64,000 nt of DNA from Macrostomum lignano (lineage: Eukaryota). The stretch lies in assembly GCA_002269645.1 (NCBI GenBank), contig NIVC01001966.1, forward strand, positions 124,001 through 188,000, written 5' to 3'. Both the position numbers and the translations under genes were made by a program. Of this stretch, positions 59,604 to 64,000 are shown in pieces; the first letter of the stretch is position 1; each line of letters opens with the position of its first letter. The notes below the pieces were generated by a model, which was not told the DNA's origin, ran no database searches, and worked only from the letters and a program-made list of their open reading frames with translations.

Positions 59604-60892
59604 CACAGAACTTACACAGAATGCTCAGTCAGCTTTTTTTTAGAATAGAACTGAGTAGAAATAGATGCGCGCTCACACTACTTTGTCGATGAAGAGGAAT
59701 GAGTAGCCATAGGTTTGTCTATGGCCAAAACCTCGGGTTTCCGCGAGCGCCTATGAGGCGAAGGCTTAGTATGTTGCGAGAGTCAAAACAAAGTTAGCCG
59801 TCTAGATAATACAAAATCTGTGCTTTGGACTGCGTGGCTTTGAGTATTAAGAGAGGAAGAAGAATTTTTGCTAAGCAAAATTCTGAGATGTGGCGGTCCA
59901 CTGCCGCCAACTTATTAACATAATGCGGACTGCAGAGCTTTGCCTAAATGCCTCTCTTACTTTTATATCTATGGCCCAAATAGACGCTCAAATTGAGAAG
60001 CCAGGCCGAACTTGAGGCCTGGCAAGTGGACTTTCTTTACTCGCTCGCACAGCCTTAGGCGAGCCGCTACAGAGAAGCTAATTGCTTTATGCCATCTGCA
60101 AAATCACGGACACAGTGCGCAGCCTACGGCTGCCCAAACTGCACTTTTGAATGTCCACCTGGAACACGATTCCACAGGTTTCCATCAGACCGTGATTGGT
60201 GAGTTGCAGATTGCGAAATGACCAACTTCGTCATTCTTTCTGTAGAAGCCTTCGTACTTTTCGTACCTTTATCTACATTTAGCAACTGCGACTGATATAA
60301 TTGAAATTACAGGTGTGAAGATTGGGCTCGACGGATATTCCGAGCTGACCTTATAGGCAAGAAGCTGTTCGAGCACAAATGGGCGAATGCTGTTGTATGC
60401 AGTCAGCACTTCGAGGACCACATGTACATGTGTCCGAAAAATTGTCACGAGGTTCACAGTCGACTTGCTTGGAATGCAATTCCTACGCAAAAAGCTCTAC
60501 AAGCAAGCCGTAACAAAGCAAATACATCGGCTGCCTCCAAAGCAGAGAACTGATTCTCCAGCATCTCTGCATCAAACTCGCGGAAGTGGTAAAGTGCAAA
60601 ACGAGAATGAAGTTCCTTTTATGAGCATGCATACTTGTGTCATTTGAATAAAAAACGTACATTTAAACCGTTTAAAACATTATGATACATAGAAAGACAT
60701 GATACACTGTACCTTGAGTTAGTGTCTTTTGTACTGAAAAGTCGACAATGGTATAGCAGTTTTATCTCAAATCACAGCTATAGTCTATGGCTACTCATTC
60801 CTCTTCATCGACAAAGTAGTGTGAGCGCGCATCTATTTATACTCAGTTCTATTCTAAAAAACGCTGACTGAGCATTCTGTGTAAGTTCTGTG
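59604..60892 (+). mobile_element. P-like non-autonomous element with about 108-bp TIRs
   Basis: TIR cacagaacttacacagaatgctcagtcagc...gagtagccatag at both ends; flanks gccccacc / gtcccacc (8-bp TSD, 7/8 match). Confidence 0.85.
60089..60553 (+). CDS. THAP-domain-only protein (116 aa, two exons) inside the P-like element
   Basis: Exons 60089-60198 and 60313-60553 (GT-AG, phase 2) give MPSAKSRTQCAAYGCPNC..FHRFPSDRDWCEDWARRI..VVCSQHF..RLAWNAIPT, a complete C2CH THAP signature with an AVPT-like box. Confidence 0.75.
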
Positions 60893-61369
60893 GTCCCACC
60901 CTTGTCTATCAGTTTCGTCTGTGGCACAACTTACCAGTGCCTCCAACTCCACTATCCCAACTCCCCCTTCACATCCTGCGTTTTCGTCTGCGACGTAATC
61001 TACGCACATTCACAGTGCTGAAATAATGACAGCAGCCCGCAAGAGACAGCAGGCTAAGTGACTGCCAAATGTAAGAAGAAAACTGAAATAATGTCCATAT
61101 GTGTCCGATATGCAATGAAATTTTTTAGTGTGTATCGTCGTTAGAAAATGGCCAAAACACGAGCGAGCGTACCTACACACTAAGCAATCGCCCATTAATT
61201 TTTAAACAGTCAGAGTTTCACTGACATGGATTATTTAATGCTGGCGAATCAAACGACTGGCTGCTAAAATAAAGCAGCTATCAATCTTGTAGTCCTGAGG
61301 CTTGTACGAAATCAAAATTTTCGCTTGTTTCAGCCCTCTGCACTCTGCAGCCTATCAAAATTGGACATC

Positions 61370-62520
61370 GAGCTGCTGGAAGCGGAGAAGCAGCTCCGTC
61401 TGCTGAAGCTACGCAAAGAAACGGCCTCGGTCACTCTGAAGCGATGGCACACAGGGATAAAGGTGCAGAGGCTTGCCGGCCGCTGCATTAACTGAGTGCA
61501 GATTCTGTTTTAACTTCCCTTATTTTATCGACTGATTTGCGGCTGGATGCATGAATAGATGAGTTGGAGCGCATTGACTTGCCGCCCAGGCGAGGAAGAA
61601 GTTCATTCTGGACGCTTTGCTGAAGGTTTACGATATCTAATTTGCAGCTGGCCTCGCCGAAGGCATTTGAGGTCAGTAACTACGAGTCGGTCCAAATGTA
61701 CTCTGACGCGGTTGAGTCGCAGATTTTGAGAGAGCCTTACCGGGACGCTACCGCCAGTGCCCGGATGGGTGGCGGCCGCGGACGATCACCGCTTTGGGAG
61801 CCTTGCTGAAGGCGGATGTCATTTCTGGGAATTGAGTTCGACACTGTTCAAGCTGTCAAGAAGTTGCCCGATGATAAGGCGAGGAAGCTGATTCAGCTGG
61901 TTGAGGAGGAGTCGGTCAAGGTGAGACTGAGTCAGCGGGAGCTCAAACAGCTCATTGGCAAGCTTGGGTGGGCGGCGCAAGTCATCACCAGGTCATCGAG
62001 CGGTGCAACGCCCTGCAGCGGGGTCAAATGACGTTGACGGATGTGGATGCTAAGTTGCGCAGCCAGCTGAACTGGTGGAAGATGGCCCTTCAGTCGTGTC
62101 GCTGGGTACAGCTGTGGACATGCTATCGAGGAGTCATGACCATTGAGTCGGGTTCGTGTGGGAGAGGCGATGCTGCGCTGCTGCGCAGTCCCTCTGGTTG
62201 GTGGAACTGGTGCTACGTGGATTGGGTGAAGGATTCGGAAGCAGTTTTTACTGGCTTGCCGATCGATTACAAGGAGGCTTTCGCTCCTCTGCTGGCGGTG
62301 CTGAGGTGGAGAGAAGAGCTGAGAGGCTGCAAAGTGAGTATTTTCTGCGACAACCAGCCCGTGTGCCACATCATCAATAAACGCGTGTCGAGGTTCGCTG
62401 AGCTGCAACGGCTGCTGCAGACGGTCGCGCTGATGTGCCTGCGGTGGAACATGAGCGTTTGTGCGTGTCACATTCCGGGTGAATTTCAGATTTTTGCCGA
62501 TGCCACCATGAGCGCAGTCA
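61370..62520 (+). mobile_element. DIRS/Ngaro-type retrotransposon relic (RT connection and RNase H)
   Basis: NYESV..AVESQILRE; FLGIEFDTV..LPDDK..LKQLIGKLGWAAQVI; IDYKEAFAPLLAVLRW..VSIFCDNQPVCHIINK..HIPGE..FAD match DIRS1-type RNase H. Confidence 0.8.
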
Positions 62521-63437
62521 GCTGCTTAAATTTTTTATTCGCTGCTACAATTTCGTTTGGCCATATGTTTTAAATTCACTGTATCGATAGGCTTTTGTCT
62601 CGGCCGAAAGCGGCTGGTGTCACCAGTTTTGCTGGTTGAGATTCGGCGACGAGTGGACGAAACTGATGGTCACCAGCTCATGAAACTTCATCCAAGGTTC
62701 ATGAAACTTGCACTGTTCTATCAGAAATTTTTCGATGACTGTACAGTGGCAAAAAACCTGCTCAATGCCAAAAGGATTAAGTACCAGGGTACTTGAAAGC
62801 ATAACTTTTGCAATGCTAAAATAGAATTTTCGACTATGATTTTCAAAGCAAAAAACCTAAAGACTGAATTCTGATTTTGATAAAATTGTTTCTGTGTTCA
62901 AATGTAGTGCATGCGCCCTTGTCTGTTTGGGGCTGGCTGGGTTGGCGGGCGTGGCAGGGTCTGGCCGGCGACCGGGCTTTGCGCGTGCCCCTCCCCAGCC
63001 ATGCGTCCTGCCCCGTGCTCAGGGCTGGTTGGCTGCGGCCGGGCCGGCTTTGACGCGGGTGCGCCCCCCCCCCAGGCGGGATTTTGATTGGCTGGCCAGT
63101 GCGTCCAGTCTATTTATCCTTTCGTGCTCTATTTTGCTCGGCTCAGCCTGTGGGGCCGTCTTTCCCCCCCCCCCAGGTCTGTGGTGGTATTTATTAACCC
63201 CCCTCACTTCGTACTGCGACATTGAGAAAAGAATTGTTTTTCTTCTAATAAGAAATTTAGTTAAAACAAATTTTCAAGTTGTACGACACCACAAATAAAT
63301 CGACAACGACCCAAAAGGGCAAGCAGAGCAAGCCAAAAGCCAGCTTAAACGCGCATCTGATAACCCGGCCACTGGTAAGCCGCCTGCTTGAGTTCAGTCT
63401 TTTCTGGGAAGCTTGTTAGGCTGCAGGGAGTTTTGGC

Positions 63438-63538
63438 CAGAGCGTCATAACGCCTGTCAGTAACAGTGTCACCATTGGCAGAGCGTCACAACGCCTGTCA
63501 GTAACAGTATCACCATTGGCAGAGCGTCACAACGCCTG
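63438..63538. repeat. Tandem repeat, 41-bp unit, about 2.5 copies
   Basis: cagagcgtcacaacgcctgtcagtaacagtatcaccattgg. Confidence 0.85.
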
Positions 63539-64000
63539 CTGGTACAACCGTATAGTACTTGGGCTGGGCACCTGAAACGACCCGGGTTACTACACAAAAC
63601 TTTCATCCCCAGAAATACATGTCAAACTCGACCCCGTTGATTGAAGCAACTCTCACCCCGTCCCAATCTGTCTCACAGAAAATCTCACATGTCTCAGAAG
63701 ATTTTCTGTGACCTGTCTTCAGTTTATGACATATGGCGAATGTAAAATGAATAAGAATAAATTCTATATGCATTTAGTGTCAACTAGCAATCTACGCCCC
63801 CCGTTGGGGAGCCAAAGAAATGCAATACACGTTTTTTTAATAAGCTACATGTATCCTTGAAATCTTAAAAAATCTCCTATCAAACCTTGTAAGCCTTGAC
63901 ATGTCAGTAATTCCCCCCCACAAGCTTTAACATATCAACTTCCCCCCTTGACATCTCAGCCATGCCCCCAATAAGCCTTGGAAATCTAAAAATATCTGTC

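Overview
Eukaryotic (animal) genomic DNA with GT-AG introns, GC3-rich exons and minisatellite-filled introns. The style fits a free-living flatworm such as Macrostomum, but that is inference only. No CRISPR array, rRNA or tRNA was supportable. The window has three zones. (1) 1-16 kb and (3) 48-64 kb are transposon-dense blocks holding a family of two-exon secreted C-type-lectin + PAN/apple genes: four intact copies, one frameshifted, one split by an insertion, and one collapsed remnant. They sit among Crypton-like, piggyBac, mariner, P/THAP, Gypsy and DIRS/Ngaro relics. (2) 17-42 kb is a housekeeping island: an alpha-arrestin gene (-), a CoREST/RCOR gene (+, with a 5.3-kb MULE in intron 1) and an FCHO F-BAR/muHD gene (+). 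The most notable signal is in the lectin-PAN paralogs. The signal peptide, N-terminal CTLD and PAN coding blocks are nearly identical even at silent sites, while the 45 codons forming the predicted ligand-binding face are hypervariable, indel-free and patchwork-mosaic between copies. This looks like a candidate diversified recognition system shaped by paralog gene conversion plus diversifying selection. All coordinates, exon phases and counts were worked out by hand from the sequence; no database search was run.
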